Positions 1 through 8,627 of a stretch of 23,052 nt of DNA are shown here, in pieces; within the stretch, counting starts at the first letter, position 1, and the number at the start of each line of letters is the position of its first letter. The position numbers and the translations under genes are program-made. The stretch covers positions 1-23,052 of the forward strand of contig BFAS01000066.1 of the NCBI GenBank assembly GCA_008974985.1. Direction: 5' to 3'. The notes under the pieces were generated by a model. That model did not search any database, was not told the DNA's origin, and was given only the letters and a program-made list of their open reading frames with translations. The DNA comes from a bacterium MnTg02 (lineage in GTDB: Bacteria > Pseudomonadota > Alphaproteobacteria > Rhizobiales > BFAS01).

Positions 1-75
1 TAGTTCTTTGATTTTGCGTGCAACTTAATCGGAAAACCTATTTCCACTTTATCCGGAAGCACTCTGGACCCGTCA

Positions 76-103
76 GTGACGCCTAAGTCTGTTTTATGCT
101 ATA
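76..103 (+). promoter_or_regulatory. Candidate sigma70-type promoter (TGACGC-N16-CTATAC) upstream of the small ORF at 197
   Basis: Read directly: gTGACGc at ~76-81 and CTATAC at ~98-103 with a 16-nt spacer. This resembles the alphaproteobacterial CTTGAC-N17-CTATAT consensus. The element sits about 90 nt upstream of a strongly SD-led ORF. Confidence 0.25.
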
Positions 104-196
104 CGTCTGGCCGGAACGCAAAAGTGCCGGATGCCCAACACGCGCCGTCCAGCGCTAGTCTCTTCCAAGTCGAAACAACTGAAAGGAGGTGATCCA

Positions 197-277
197 ATGT
201 CAAGTGAAGATCTCATGCTGCCGGTGCCGTTTTTGGAATTCACGGAGATTGCGGAGCAGCCTTCGGTCTCTCTGTGA
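197..277 (+). CDS. Candidate small protein (26 aa, MSSEDLMLPVPFLEFTEIAEQPSVSL) with an extended Shine-Dalgarno; absent from the ORF track because it is too short
   Basis: ATG at 197-199 and TGA at 275-277. It is preceded by gAAAGGAGGTGATCCa (182-195), whose 13-nt core AAGGAGGTGATCC is the exact complement of the 16S rRNA 3' tail (GGATCACCTCCTT), with a 2-nt spacer. A hairpin (288-305) and an intrinsic terminator (328-357) follow. Confidence 0.3.
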   Translation: MSSEDLMLPVPFLEFTEIAEQPSVSL

Positions 278-287
278 TTTGCCAGAA

Positions 288-305
288 TCAGAATTAAGAT
301 TCTGA
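288..305 (+). other. Perfect 7-bp hairpin TCAGAAT-taag-ATTCTGA immediately after the small ORF stop
   Basis: Inverted repeat read directly from the sequence; the left arm is itself part of a tandem agaat-c-agaat. Confidence 0.5.
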
Positions 306-327
306 ACCACTGGCCGTTGATCTCACG

Positions 328-357
328 CGGGCCGCCTTTACGGGCGGTCCGTTTTTT
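328..357 (+). terminator. Rho-independent terminator on the + strand (9-bp GC stem cgggccgcc/ggcggtccg, loop tttacg, then TTTTTT)
   Basis: Stem 328-336 pairs with 343-351, including one G-U pair. The T6 run at 352-357 is only on the + strand side, so it terminates the short + strand unit rather than gshB. Confidence 0.6.
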
Positions 358-389
358 ATTGTGGGGTTAGGGTTTAACGCGCGCCGAAC

Positions 390-1334
390 TTATCCCGCCC
401 GTTTGGCCTCGATCACGTCCCAGATCATTGCCGCAATGTCGTTGCCGCCGAAGCGCTTGACTTCGCGTATACCCGTCGGCGAGGTCACATTGATTTCGGT
501 GAGATACGTCCCGATCACATCGATCCCGGTAAAGATCAGCCCGCGCTTCTTTAGCTCCGGACCCAGCGCGGCGCAAATTTCCAGATCGCGATCGGTAAGC
601 TCGACCGGCGTTGGTTTACCACCGATATGCATGTTCGAGCGCGTATCATCTGCTGGTGGAATCCGGTTGATGGCTCCGGCAACCTCGCCATCGATCAAGA
701 TGATGCGCTTGTCGCCCTCGCGCACGGCGGCAAGATATTTCTGCACAATAAAGGGCTCGCGGAAGACGGTCTGGAAGAGCTCCACCAAAGACGCCAAATT
801 CCGATCATCGGGAGAGAGCCGGAAAACCGCCTCGCCGCCATTGCCATAGAGCGGTTTGACAATGATGTCCTTATGTTCAACGCGAAACGCTTTCACATCT
901 TCCACGGACCGCGTGATCAGTGTCGGCGGCATTAAATCCAGATATTCGGTCACAAAAAGCTTTTCCGGCGCGTTGCGGACATGGGCCGGATCGTTGACGA
1001 CAAGCGTTTCCGGGTGGATTTTCTCTAGCAAATGAGTGGTCGTGATATAGCTCATATCGAAGGGTGGGTCCTGGCGGAGATGAACCACGTCGAATTCCGA
1101 GAGATCGGCGCGGCGCGCCTCACCAAGCCGGTAATGACTATTCTGATCATCCTGCACCTCGATCTCATGCCCAGACGCATGCAACCGGCCATCCATCATT
1201 GAGAGACCGGCAGGCTCGTAGTAAAAAATTTCATGCCCCCGCCGTTGAGCTTCGAGAAGCAGGGCAAAGGTGGAATCACCGCGAATATCTATCCTGTCGA
1301 TCGGATCCATTTGGAAGGCTGCTTTCAGCGCCAT
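390..1334 (-). CDS. gshB: Glutathione synthetase
   Basis: 314-aa ORF with a GshB-type ATP-grasp sequence (N-terminal [41 protein letters not shown]..., C-terminal [11 protein letters not shown]). Length is typical for GshB. Confidence 0.93.
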   Translation of the reverse strand: MALKAAFQMDPIDRIDIRGDSTFALLLEAQRRGHEIFYYEPAGLSMMDGRLHASGHEIEVQDDQNSHYRLGEARRADLSEFDVVHLRQDPPFDMSYITTTHLLEKIHPETLVVNDPAHVRNAPEKLFVTEYLDLMPPTLITRSVEDVKAFRVEHKDIIVKPLYGNGGEAVFRLSPDDRNLASLVELFQTVFREPFIVQKYLAAVREGDKRIILIDGEVAGAINRIPPADDTRSNMHIGGKPTPVELTDRDLEICAALGPELKKRGLIFTGIDVIGTYLTEINVTSPTGIREVKRFGGNDIAAMIWDVIEAKRAG

Positions 1335-1420
1335 AGACTTTCACTCCTTCATCCCTGTCTGCTTGCTGAGGGCCCGGCGCTCATGCAGGCCGCTATGGTC
1401 TTGTAAATAGGGGAATGACC

Positions 1421-1831
1421 TCACGCAAGAAATGCATTGGTGACATGTCGCGGCCATCGCCATGGGGCTAAGGCAATCACATCTAATCCGATGTCCTGAT
1501 CGCCCTCGAGCGGGCGCGACTGTAGCCAATAAGCCGCAGCCCGTGAAATCCGGTCCTGTTGGCGCGGCGTCACGGCCCATAGCGCGGCATCGAGGGTCGG
1601 CCGGACCTTGACTTCGACGAAGGCCAAGCGGCGGCCCCGCACGGCGATAAGATCAACCTCACCAACCGGACAGCGGAAACGCCGGTTCAAGATGCGATAG
1701 CCTTTCGCCATAAGAAAAGCCGCAGCGATCTGTTCAGCCCATCGGCCTTTGCGATAGGATCGCTGGCGGCGCGCTTTGCGTGCCTTTATACGGTCGGTCA
1801 TTGGCAATGACCGATGGCGTTCACGCGCCAC
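1421..1831 (-). CDS. yraN: YraN/UPF0102 family endonuclease
   Basis: Central block AAAFLMAKGYRILNRRFRCPVGEVDLIAVRGRRLAFVEVKVR aligns with E. coli YraN. The ORF start at 1831 is GTG (read from sequence); an in-frame ATG lies at 1801 (Met11), so the start is uncertain. Confidence 0.8.
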   Translation of the reverse strand: MARERHRSLPMTDRIKARKARRQRSYRKGRWAEQIAAAFLMAKGYRILNRRFRCPVGEVDLIAVRGRRLAFVEVKVRPTLDAALWAVTPRQQDRISRAAAYWLQSRPLEGDQDIGLDVIALAPWRWPRHVTNAFLA

Positions 1832-1875
1832 GCAGGCTCACGCACTATCAGGCGCGGACCACGCGGTCGCGCTAG

Positions 1876-1910
1876 CCAATGGTTCATGAGTCAAACTCAT
1901 GAACCATTGG
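1876..1910. repeat. Perfect 16-bp-arm palindrome CCAATGGTTCATGAGT-caa-ACTCATGAACCATTGG between rsmI stop and yraN start
   Basis: Every one of the 16 base pairs checked by hand. There is no U-run on either strand, so this is not a canonical intrinsic terminator. Confidence 0.9.
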
Positions 1911-1939
1911 TATTAGGCGGTCCGCCGTAACGCCCATTT

Positions 1940-2875
1940 TCAAGTCTCCATTTCCCGCTTCATCTCAAGAGCCAGCTCATAGACGCGGTTGCGGGGAACG
2001 TTCAACTCATCAGAAATCTGCCGAGTTGCATCGCGCACGCTCATGGTGTCGAGAGCAGGCCGCAAATGCGTCATGATCTCCGCCTCATCGACGCCATCCT
2101 TGGCAGGCGCCGCGATAACGATGACGAACTCGCCTTTCGGATCACTCTCGGAAAATGACGCAACAAGCTCGTTGAGCGTGGCGCGCTCAACGGCCTCATG
2201 AATTTTTGTGAGCTCCTTTACAAGAGCAGCATCCCGCGAGCCCAATATGTCAGCCATATCGGCCAGACTTGCGGCCATTCGTTGCGCTGTCTCGAACAGA
2301 ACAAGCGTTGCCGGAAACGCGGCGATCTCCGCTAAGCGCTTTTTCCGCTGGACCGGTTTTGCCGGCAGAAAACCTTCGAAAAAAAACCGGTCGGTCGGCA
2401 GACCGGAGAGCGTCAGCGCGGCGATCGGCGCCGAAGGGCCGGGCACCACAAGAACCGGGTAACCCTGGTCTTGCACGTCACGCACGAGCTTAAAGCCCGG
2501 ATCCGAAATAAGCGGCGTTCCGGCATCGGAAATGAGCGCCACGGATCGGCCTGCTTCGAGGCTTGCGAGAATGCGAGGCCGCTCGCGCCCGGCATTATGT
2601 TCATGATAGGCGCCGAGTTCTGATTTGATAGCGTAATGGTTGAGAAGTTTTCGAGAATGGCGGGGATTTTCGCAATAGATCACATCCGCGTTCGCCAACA
2701 CGCTTAAGGCTCTGATTGAAATATCGCCAAGATGCCCTATCGGCGTGGCGACGAGATAGAGCCCGCTGGTTAGGGTCTGGTCGAGCAAATGACCAAGCAC
2801 ATCATCGGCGCGTTGCCGAAGCGGCTCTGATGGCTTGACCCTGCTTTTATCGTCCCGCGAGGAAGACAAATTCAC
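1940..2875 (-). CDS. rsmI: 16S rRNA (cytidine1402-2'-O)-methyltransferase
   Basis: GLYLVATPIGHLGDISIRALSVLANADVIYCE and the downstream DAGTP...FEGFLP motifs match E. coli RsmI. The ORF start at 2875 is GTG. The N-terminus is about 35 aa longer than E. coli RsmI, so the true start may be internal. Confidence 0.92.
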   Translation of the reverse strand: MNLSSSRDDKSRVKPSEPLRQRADDVLGHLLDQTLTSGLYLVATPIGHLGDISIRALSVLANADVIYCENPRHSRKLLNHYAIKSELGAYHEHNAGRERPRILASLEAGRSVALISDAGTPLISDPGFKLVRDVQDQGYPVLVVPGPSAPIAALTLSGLPTDRFFFEGFLPAKPVQRKKRLAEIAAFPATLVLFETAQRMAASLADMADILGSRDAALVKELTKIHEAVERATLNELVASFSESDPKGEFVIVIAAPAKDGVDEAEIMTHLRPALDTMSVRDATRQISDELNVPRNRVYELALEMKREMET

Positions 2876-2882
2876 GCCCTAA

Positions 2883-2921
2883 CTGATAGTGCTGCGCTGG
2901 CGCCGGCGGCCGCAGTATCAG
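2883..2921. other. Imperfect inverted repeat ctgata(gtg)ctgcg ... cgcagtatcag around a GC-rich core, abutting the rsmI start
   Basis: Read directly; the arms are 11 nt with a 3-nt bulge. It lies in the rsmI / lipoprotein divergent promoter region. Confidence 0.35.
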
Positions 2922-3121
2922 TTCCTATCGCACGCGATTCCAATCGAAGATTCAAGCCGTTAACTTGAGTCTAATTCGAGCTAAGGGGTTGCTTAAAACC
3001 GCGAATCCAGCTGTTATCTTTTTGTCATAACACGATCCGGCCATAGTCTGCCCTTAAACGAAGCTAGAGCAGGGGCAAAAATTGAGTGCGCACCCTTTTA
3101 AGGCCTCGAAAATTGCGGGCT

Positions 3122-3165
3122 TTGACCTGATCGGAGTGCAACGGACGATATGTTTCGGTTGCACT
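3122..3165 (+). promoter_or_regulatory. Candidate promoter (TTGACC-N17/18-cgatat) overlapping an 11-bp imperfect inverted repeat (agtgcaacgga / tcggttgcact) just upstream of the lipoprotein gene
   Basis: TTGACC at 3122-3127. The inverted-repeat arms at 3135-3145 and 3155-3165 have one mismatch and a 9-nt spacer. The ATG is at 3181. Confidence 0.3.
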
Positions 3166-3180
3166 TGAAAGACAAAGAAT

Positions 3181-4407
3181 ATGGGGCACAAAACGGCCAC
3201 TAAATCATTGATTTCGCTCACGCGGCGCGCTGTTGTGGGCACTATTGGTGTGTGCTTGCTTGCCGCATGTACTGCTGGCGGTGGCGGCGGAACTCTGATC
3301 TCTGGCTCGATTAACGATACCAATTTTGAACCGGACGCGTCGCGGCCTTTGCAAAAGCGCACAAGCGTCAAAGTCGCGCTCCTGTTGCCCTTGTCGGCGA
3401 AGGGCAACACCGCCATAGCCGCCAAAGCATTGAAACAGGCCGGTGAGCTGGCGCTTTTTGAGTTTGATAATCCAAACATATTGCTCATTACCAAGGATAC
3501 GAAAGGCACGCCTGAAGGCGCACAGGCCGCTGCAGAATCGGCGATCAAAAACGGTGCCGAACTGATTATCGGTCCGCTATTCGCGAAATCAGTTTCCTCG
3601 GTCGCCCCGGTTGCCCGGCAAGCAAAGGTTCCGGTGATCGCATTTTCATCTGACCAAAGCGTTGCTGGAAACGGCGTGTTTCTGCTGAGCTTCCTCGCTG
3701 GCCGCGATGTTCCGCGGATCGTCTCCTATGCTATCAGCAAGGGAAAGAAAACATTCGCGGCCCTGGTTCCCGATACCGCCTATGGCCAGGTTGTTAAAAG
3801 CGTTTTCCAAAAGGAAGTCACAGCGCACGGCGGACAAATCCTCGCTATCGAGACCTTTCCGCTCGATGCCAACGGTATGCTTGAGCCGGCCCGCAAAATT
3901 TCCGAAATTGCGAAGAATGAAGACACAGCCCTCGATGCTTTGCTGATTCCGGGGGGGCCCGATTCGCTGCCAACCTTGTCGCCACTAATACCGTATTTTG
4001 AAATCGATACGAAGACCGTTCAACTCATGGGCACGGGCCGTTGGGACTTCGCAAATATCGGACGGCAGAAATCTCTGATCGGCGGCTGGTTCCCGGCACC
4101 GGAGCCGCGCGGCTGGCGGGAGTTTACCCAGCGCTATGTCAAGACCTACGGCAACGTCCCGCCGCGAATTGCAAGCCTTGCTTATGATGCTGTGAGTCTT
4201 GCGGTTTCCTTGTCGGGAAATCCGCGCGGCAAACGGTATAGCACCGCTCAGATTACGCGTTTAAGCGGCTTTGCCGGTGTGGACGGACTGTTCCGGCTTC
4301 TTGCCGACGGCTCGTCGGAGCGCGGCCTTGCTATTCTTGAAGTCCAAAAATTTGGATCCCGGGTCGTCGATGCCGCACCGAGTGTCTTTGGACAGGCGCA
4401 GTTCTAA
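3181..4407 (+). CDS. lpoA: LpoA/LppC-family lipoprotein (type I periplasmic-binding fold; putative penicillin-binding protein activator)
   Basis: ATG start; signal peptide with an RR motif and the lipobox LLAAC followed by a Gly-rich linker. The remainder resembles the LppC/Peripla_BP_6 fold. Divergent from rsmI and beside yraN, as in the E. coli yraL-yraM-yraN locus. Confidence 0.7.
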   Translation: MGHKTATKSLISLTRRAVVGTIGVCLLAACTAGGGGGTLISGSINDTNFEPDASRPLQKRTSVKVALLLPLSAKGNTAIAAKALKQAGELALFEFDNPNILLITKDTKGTPEGAQAAAESAIKNGAELIIGPLFAKSVSSVAPVARQAKVPVIAFSSDQSVAGNGVFLLSFLAGRDVPRIVSYAISKGKKTFAALVPDTAYGQVVKSVFQKEVTAHGGQILAIETFPLDANGMLEPARKISEIAKNEDTALDALLIPGGPDSLPTLSPLIPYFEIDTKTVQLMGTGRWDFANIGRQKSLIGGWFPAPEPRGWREFTQRYVKTYGNVPPRIASLAYDAVSLAVSLSGNPRGKRYSTAQITRLSGFAGVDGLFRLLADGSSERGLAILEVQKFGSRVVDAAPSVFGQAQF

Positions 4408-4439
4408 TTCCGCGATCTTTGGTGAACCGGTAACCGGTA

Positions 4440-4457
4440 AATTGTTCCTGAACAATT
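4440..4457. terminator. Convergent-gene hairpin aattgttc-ct-gaacaatt between the lipoprotein gene and hemW (possible bidirectional terminator)
   Basis: 8-bp inverted repeat flanked by A/T runs; it overlaps the hemW stop codon. A ccggtaa ccggtaa tandem lies just upstream. Confidence 0.35.
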
Positions 4458-5700
4458 AATCCATTCTCTCAACCGGCCGGATGGCCTCTGACAACTCCAA
4501 GATCAGCCGGTTCAAAAGCAACCGTCCGCGGTCCGAGGCGCAGATTACGCGGCCCTCATTGCGCACTTCAATTAATCCGTCGCCTTCAAGCTGATTGACG
4601 ACCGCGCAGTCAAAGTGAAAACCCGTGAGCGCGGCGAAGCGCGTAACGTCGAGCCCGTCCCGCAAGCGTAAACCCATAAGCAGCATTTCGTCGGCCTGGG
4701 CGTGTGCGTCAAGAGGATCTTGCTCGTTGAGCCCAGACCCCGTTGCCTCGACGCTGGCGCACCAGCTTTCGGGATGGCGAACCGAACTTAATGCATGACG
4801 CGCACCGGCGAGGACCAATCGTCCGTGTGCGCCGGGACCGACGCCCGCATATTCGCCATAGCGCCAATAAATTAAATTGTGCCGGCATTCCTCGCCGGGC
4901 CGGGCATGGTTGGAAATCTCATAGTCCGCCAACCCAGCGCCGGCGCAAATCTCCTGGGTGATCGCGAAAAGCTCGCTTGCCTGATCCCCATCGGGAATAT
5001 CAAGCTTGCCCATCGCGTGGAGCCTGGCGAACGGCGTCTCCGGCTCGATGGTGAGCTGGTAGAGGGAAAGATGTCCTAAGCCCAGTTCAACAACCGCGCT
5101 GAGTTCCGCGCGCCAATCGGCGCCAGATTGCCCAGGCCGGGCATAGATGAGGTCGGCATTGACCCGGCCGAATGTCCCAATGGCAATCTCAAGAGCGGCT
5201 CTCGCCTCATCGGCGCTATGCAATCGCCCCAGCGTTCTTAAATCAGCGTCAATGAGAGACTGAACGCCAACGGAAATCCGATTAACGCCGGCGCGTTGGT
5301 AAGCTTGGAACCGAAAGGCCTCCACACTCGATGGATTGGCCTCTATGGTAATTTCCGGATCGTCACCCATCTGCCAGCACGCCGCGATTTTTTCGAGAAT
5401 GGCTTCAATGATAGATGCCGGCATCAGCGACGGTGTGCCACCGCCGAAAAAGACTGTTTGCACGACCCGGCCGGGAGCCAACTGCGCCATATAGTCCAGT
5501 TCGCTCAGATAGGCTTTGAGGAACCGGTCTTCATCGACGCCGCCCGCGCGGACATGGGAATTAAAATCGCAATAAGGACATTTCGATTCACAAAAGGGCC
5601 AGTGAATATAGACCCCGAATCCAGGAGCTTCAGCGTCCGCTTGCCGCGAGACAGGCGTTGACGAAGGCTTCGAAGGCGCGGGCACGGTGGGATATGGCAT
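4456..5700 (-). CDS. hemW: Radical SAM heme chaperone HemW (coproporphyrinogen III oxidase-like)
   Basis: [21 protein letters not shown] radical-SAM motif with a HemW-like remainder. The track ORF extends to 5928 from a GTG far inside rdgB; the likely start is ATG 5700 (Met77) or GTG 5685. Either would overlap the 3' end of rdgB by about 55-70 nt, so the start is uncertain. Confidence 0.85.
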   Translation of the reverse strand: MPYPTVPAPSKPSSTPVSRQADAEAPGFGVYIHWPFCESKCPYCDFNSHVRAGGVDEDRFLKAYLSELDYMAQLAPGRVVQTVFFGGGTPSLMPASIIEAILEKIAACWQMGDDPEITIEANPSSVEAFRFQAYQRAGVNRISVGVQSLIDADLRTLGRLHSADEARAALEIAIGTFGRVNADLIYARPGQSGADWRAELSAVVELGLGHLSLYQLTIEPETPFARLHAMGKLDIPDGDQASELFAITQEICAGAGLADYEISNHARPGEECRHNLIYWRYGEYAGVGPGAHGRLVLAGARHALSSVRHPESWCASVEATGSGLNEQDPLDAHAQADEMLLMGLRLRDGLDVTRFAALTGFHFDCAVVNQLEGDGLIEVRNEGRVICASDRGRLLLNRLILELSEAIRPVERMD

Positions 5701-6289
5701 GTTTCTGGTCCGGCTCCATTTCACCGAACGTTTCGTTGAATCCATCGGGAACGAAAATTGGGTCATAACCGAAACCCTTTGTCCCCCGTGGCGGCCAAAC
5801 GATTTGGCCAAACACTTTGCCCTCAAATAATTGCACGCCGCCATCCGGTTGGCCAAGCGCAAGGGCGCAAGTAAAGTTGGCCCGGCGCGGGTCATTGTCT
5901 GTCGCGCCAGCATTTGTCGCGCCAGCATCTGTCACACCGGCCCCGTCAAGCTCGCGCGCCACCCGGGCCATAGCGACAGAGAAATCCTTGTCCGGCCCTG
6001 CCCAGCGCGCGGAATAAATGCCAGGCGCACCGTCAAGCCCGGCAACCTCTAGTCCGGAATCATCCGCCAAGGCAGGGAGACCGGCAGCCAGCGCGGCAGC
6101 CACGGCTTTCAACTCGGCATTCGCAGAAAAGCTTTCGCCCGTTTCTTCAGGCTCGGAGAGATCAAGTTCTCCCGCCGAGACGGTTTCAACGCCGAACGGT
6201 TTAAGCAATTCTCGTATTTCGCGGACTTTTCCCGAATTGTGGCTCGCCACCACGAGTCGCAGACCGCGCTTGAGAGTGCCGCCATTCAT
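5630..6289 (-). CDS. rdgB: Non-canonical purine NTP pyrophosphatase (RdgB/HAM1 family)
   Basis: [16 protein letters not shown]-terminus, then [19 protein letters not shown] and FGYDPIF motifs. The ATG at 6287-6289 overlaps the rph TAA by 1 nt. Contains a low-complexity insert encoded by a 15-bp tandem repeat. Confidence 0.92.
   Translation of the reverse strand: MNGGTLKRGLRLVVASHNSGKVREIRELLKPFGVETVSAGELDLSEPEETGESFSANAELKAVAAALAAGLPALADDSGLEVAGLDGAPGIYSARWAGPDKDFSVAMARVARELDGAGVTDAGATNAGATDNDPRRANFTCALALGQPDGGVQLFEGKVFGQIVWPPRGTKGFGYDPIFVPDGFNETFGEMEPDQKHAISHRARAFEAFVNACLAASGR
5900..5929. repeat. In-frame 15-bp tandem duplication (tgtcgcgccagcatt / tgtcgcgccagcatc, plus partial third tgtc) inside rdgB
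   Basis: Read directly from the sequence. On the minus-strand reading frame it encodes the repeated AGAT(N/D)AGAT peptide within an RdgB loop insertion. Confidence 0.85.
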
Positions 6290-7002
6290 TAAGACACAGT
6301 CAATTTCTGTAATTTCAAAAGCTCGTCGATCCCTAACTTTGCCAGTGCGACAAGGCGATCGAACATTTCTTGAGAAAAGGGCTCCGTTTCCGCCGTCCCC
6401 TGGATCTCGACAATGCCGCCTGAGCCGGTCATGACGAAATTAGCATCGGCATCGGCTTCTGAATCCTCCGGATAATCGAGATCGAGTACGGGCTGGCCGC
6501 GATAGATGCCGCAAGAGACCGCGGCCACCGTGTCTTTCAAAACATCGCCTTTCACCATATCGCGCGCCCTCATCCACTCGATACAGTCGTGCAATGCGAC
6601 CCAAGCGCCGGTAATCGACGCGGTTCTCGTGCCGCCATCGGCTTGCAGCACATCGCAATCGATAATGATTTGCCGTTCACCAAGGGAGGACAAATTAACA
6701 ACGGCCCGCAGGCTACGGCCAATGAGACGCTGAATTTCCTGGGTGCGTCCGGATTGCCGGCCCATCGCGGCCTCCCGGCGCATCCGCTCGCTGGTTGCCC
6801 GGGGGAGCATGCCATATTCTGCCGTAATCCAGCCTCGGCTCTGACCCTTTAGCCAACCGGGCACTTTTTCCTCTACGCTGGCATTGCATAACACATGAGT
6901 ATTGCCACATTTTATGAGACAAGATCCCTCGGCATGGCGCGAGACAGCGCGTTCGAGGGCAACAGGCCGCAATTCGTCTGGCTGTCTGTTTGAAGGGCGC
7001 AT
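6289..7002 (-). CDS. rph: Ribonuclease PH
   Basis: From [14 protein letters not shown] onward the protein aligns essentially end-to-end with E. coli RNase PH ([30 protein letters not shown]). The track ORF starts at an upstream GTG (7059); the ATG at 7000-7002 is the likely start. Confidence 0.95.
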   Translation of the reverse strand: MRPSNRQPDELRPVALERAVSRHAEGSCLIKCGNTHVLCNASVEEKVPGWLKGQSRGWITAEYGMLPRATSERMRREAAMGRQSGRTQEIQRLIGRSLRAVVNLSSLGERQIIIDCDVLQADGGTRTASITGAWVALHDCIEWMRARDMVKGDVLKDTVAAVSCGIYRGQPVLDLDYPEDSEADADANFVMTGSGGIVEIQGTAETEPFSQEMFDRLVALAKLGIDELLKLQKLTVS

Positions 7003-7121
7003 GACAGGATACCGTATTATTGTTGGGAATTTAGACGCCGCAAGCGCAATGAACCACACCGCAAGCGCCGCGCAGCCTAAGTGAGAGTGGCGTTCAGATC
7101 AACCAATCGTGTGCCAATTAT

Positions 7122-7149
7122 TTGACGGCTCTCCATGAACACCTTAAAT
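7122..7149 (+). promoter_or_regulatory. Candidate heat-shock/sigma70 promoter upstream of hrcA (TTGACG-N15-CTTAAAT)
   Basis: Read directly; the -10 resembles the alphaproteobacterial RpoH -10 CYTATNT with one mismatch. The TSS would be only a few nt from the hrcA ATG. Confidence 0.25.
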
Positions 7150-7160
7150 TCTAGTGACAA

Positions 7161-8255
7161 ATGACACAGGACCGACTTTCAACATCAGCTGTGATGAAGG
7201 AAGGCCTTAGCGAGCTTCAGCAGTTAAATTCGCGATCGCGCGAAATTTTTCGTGAGATCGTCGAGTCCTATATCGCGACGGGTATACCTGTTGGCTCACG
7301 CAATGTCAGCCGGCAGCTTCCAATATCACTTTCGCCAGCATCCGTCCGCAATGTGATGTCGGATTTGGAGGCGCTTGGCTTGATATACGCACCCCATACT
7401 TCGGCGGGTCGTCTGCCGACGGAATCGGGACTGCGCCTCTTTGTCGACGGGCTGCTCGAGCTTGGCGACCTCAGCGACGAGGAGCGCCGGCAAATCGACC
7501 AGCAAATGAGAGGCAACCAAGCCGACAAAGCCACGGAGGACGTGTTGGCCCAGGTGGGCGAAATGCTCTCCGGTCTTTCAAGCTGCGCCGGTGTGATCCT
7601 CACAGATAAGCAAAGCAGCAAACTGAAACATATTGAATTTGTCAGTTTGGACCCGGCGCGCGCGCTTGTCGTTCTTGTCGGCGAGGACGGATCGGTCGAG
7701 AACCGCATTCTCTCTTTGCCCCACGGCCTGCCGCCGTCGGCGCTCGTTGAAGCCTCGAATTATCTCAATGCGCGAATTCGGGGCAAGACGATTGCCGAGG
7801 CCCGCGCACGCGTCGACGCTGAACTTGAGAGCTGCAGGCAAGAGCTGGACGAGCTGACGACAAACCTTATCGAGGAAGGGCTCGCCACTTGGTCCGGCGG
7901 CCAGGAAGATTCCAAAAGTCTTATCGTACGCGGCCGGTCCAACCTCCTGGAAGACGTCAACGCCAACGAGGATCTGGAACGTATCCGCACGCTGTTCGAC
8001 GATTTGGAAACCAAGAAAGACCTGATTCAACTTTTGGGGCTTGCAGAGCGGGCAGAGGGTGTGCGGATTTTTATTGGCTCGGAGAACCAACTTTTCTCGC
8101 TATCCGGTTCCTCACTCATCGTTGCTCCATTCCAGGATCTAGACCGCCAGATCGTCGGCGTTTTGGGTGTTATTGGTCCGACACGCCTCAACTATGCACG
8201 GATTATCCCAATTGTAGATTATACGGCGAAGCTGGTTGGCCGCCTGCTGCCTTGA
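7161..8255 (+). CDS. hrcA: Heat-inducible transcription repressor HrcA
   Basis: N-terminal w[35 protein letters not shown] and a C-terminal HrcA domain; 364 aa. An alternative start at Met12 (7194) is possible. No CIRCE inverted repeat was seen nearby. Confidence 0.92.
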   Translation: MTQDRLSTSAVMKEGLSELQQLNSRSREIFREIVESYIATGIPVGSRNVSRQLPISLSPASVRNVMSDLEALGLIYAPHTSAGRLPTESGLRLFVDGLLELGDLSDEERRQIDQQMRGNQADKATEDVLAQVGEMLSGLSSCAGVILTDKQSSKLKHIEFVSLDPARALVVLVGEDGSVENRILSLPHGLPPSALVEASNYLNARIRGKTIAEARARVDAELESCRQELDELTTNLIEEGLATWSGGQEDSKSLIVRGRSNLLEDVNANEDLERIRTLFDDLETKKDLIQLLGLAERAEGVRIFIGSENQLFSLSGSSLIVAPFQDLDRQIVGVLGVIGPTRLNYARIIPIVDYTAKLVGRLLP

Positions 8256-8619
8256 TTTTTTTGCCGCGACGAATGATATCCAAGATAAACCATCTCTGTG
8301 CCATAAATGATGTTTGAGGTACAGAAATCGGCCAAGTCGTAAGGTTACTCAACGCAGGGCGTTCATGAGCTGTCCTTCGTTCGATTGCACAACTGGAATT
8401 AGCTTGGATTTGGCGCGCAGGATGATAAAAGGCCGCTGGCTGCAGTACAATTGCAACAAAGATGCAGGAGGCATCAAACCGGCCTATCCAAAATAACACG
8501 ATTCACATTGCCTGAAACCAGGATCGGCCCACATACAAGTTCGGGAAATGAATTGAGGCCGTTAATGCATAGCCAAAAAATGCCCAGGCAAAGACTGCTG
8601 GCTCACGCGGCACTCGAAG

Positions 8620-8627
8620 CCCCATAG
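8620..8627 (+). promoter_or_regulatory. CCCCATAG, an exact match to the E. coli sigma32 -10 core (CCCCATNT), 33 nt upstream of grpE
   Basis: Read directly. No good CTTGAA -35 element at the expected 13-15 nt spacing, so only the -10 half is supported. Confidence 0.25.

Noticed and set aside
181-196. Possibility that AAAGGAGGTGATCCA marks the 3' end of a 16S rRNA gene on the minus strand
   Set aside because: The flanking sequence (atgtcaagtgaag...) does not continue as the conserved 16S 3' region (GCCGCAGGTTCCCCTAC...). It is therefore an mRNA Shine-Dalgarno, not an rRNA gene end.
3054-3548. 164-aa minus-strand ORF overlapping the 5' part of the lipoprotein gene
   Set aside because: Antisense to a gene with a clear signal peptide and lipobox. 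No SD and an implausible composition.
7060-7160. CIRCE (TTAGCACTC-N9-GAGTGCTAA) HrcA operator upstream of hrcA, grpE or dnaK
   Set aside because: I searched the three upstream regions by eye and found no match to either half-site. This is consistent with alphaproteobacteria, where CIRCE sits at groESL.
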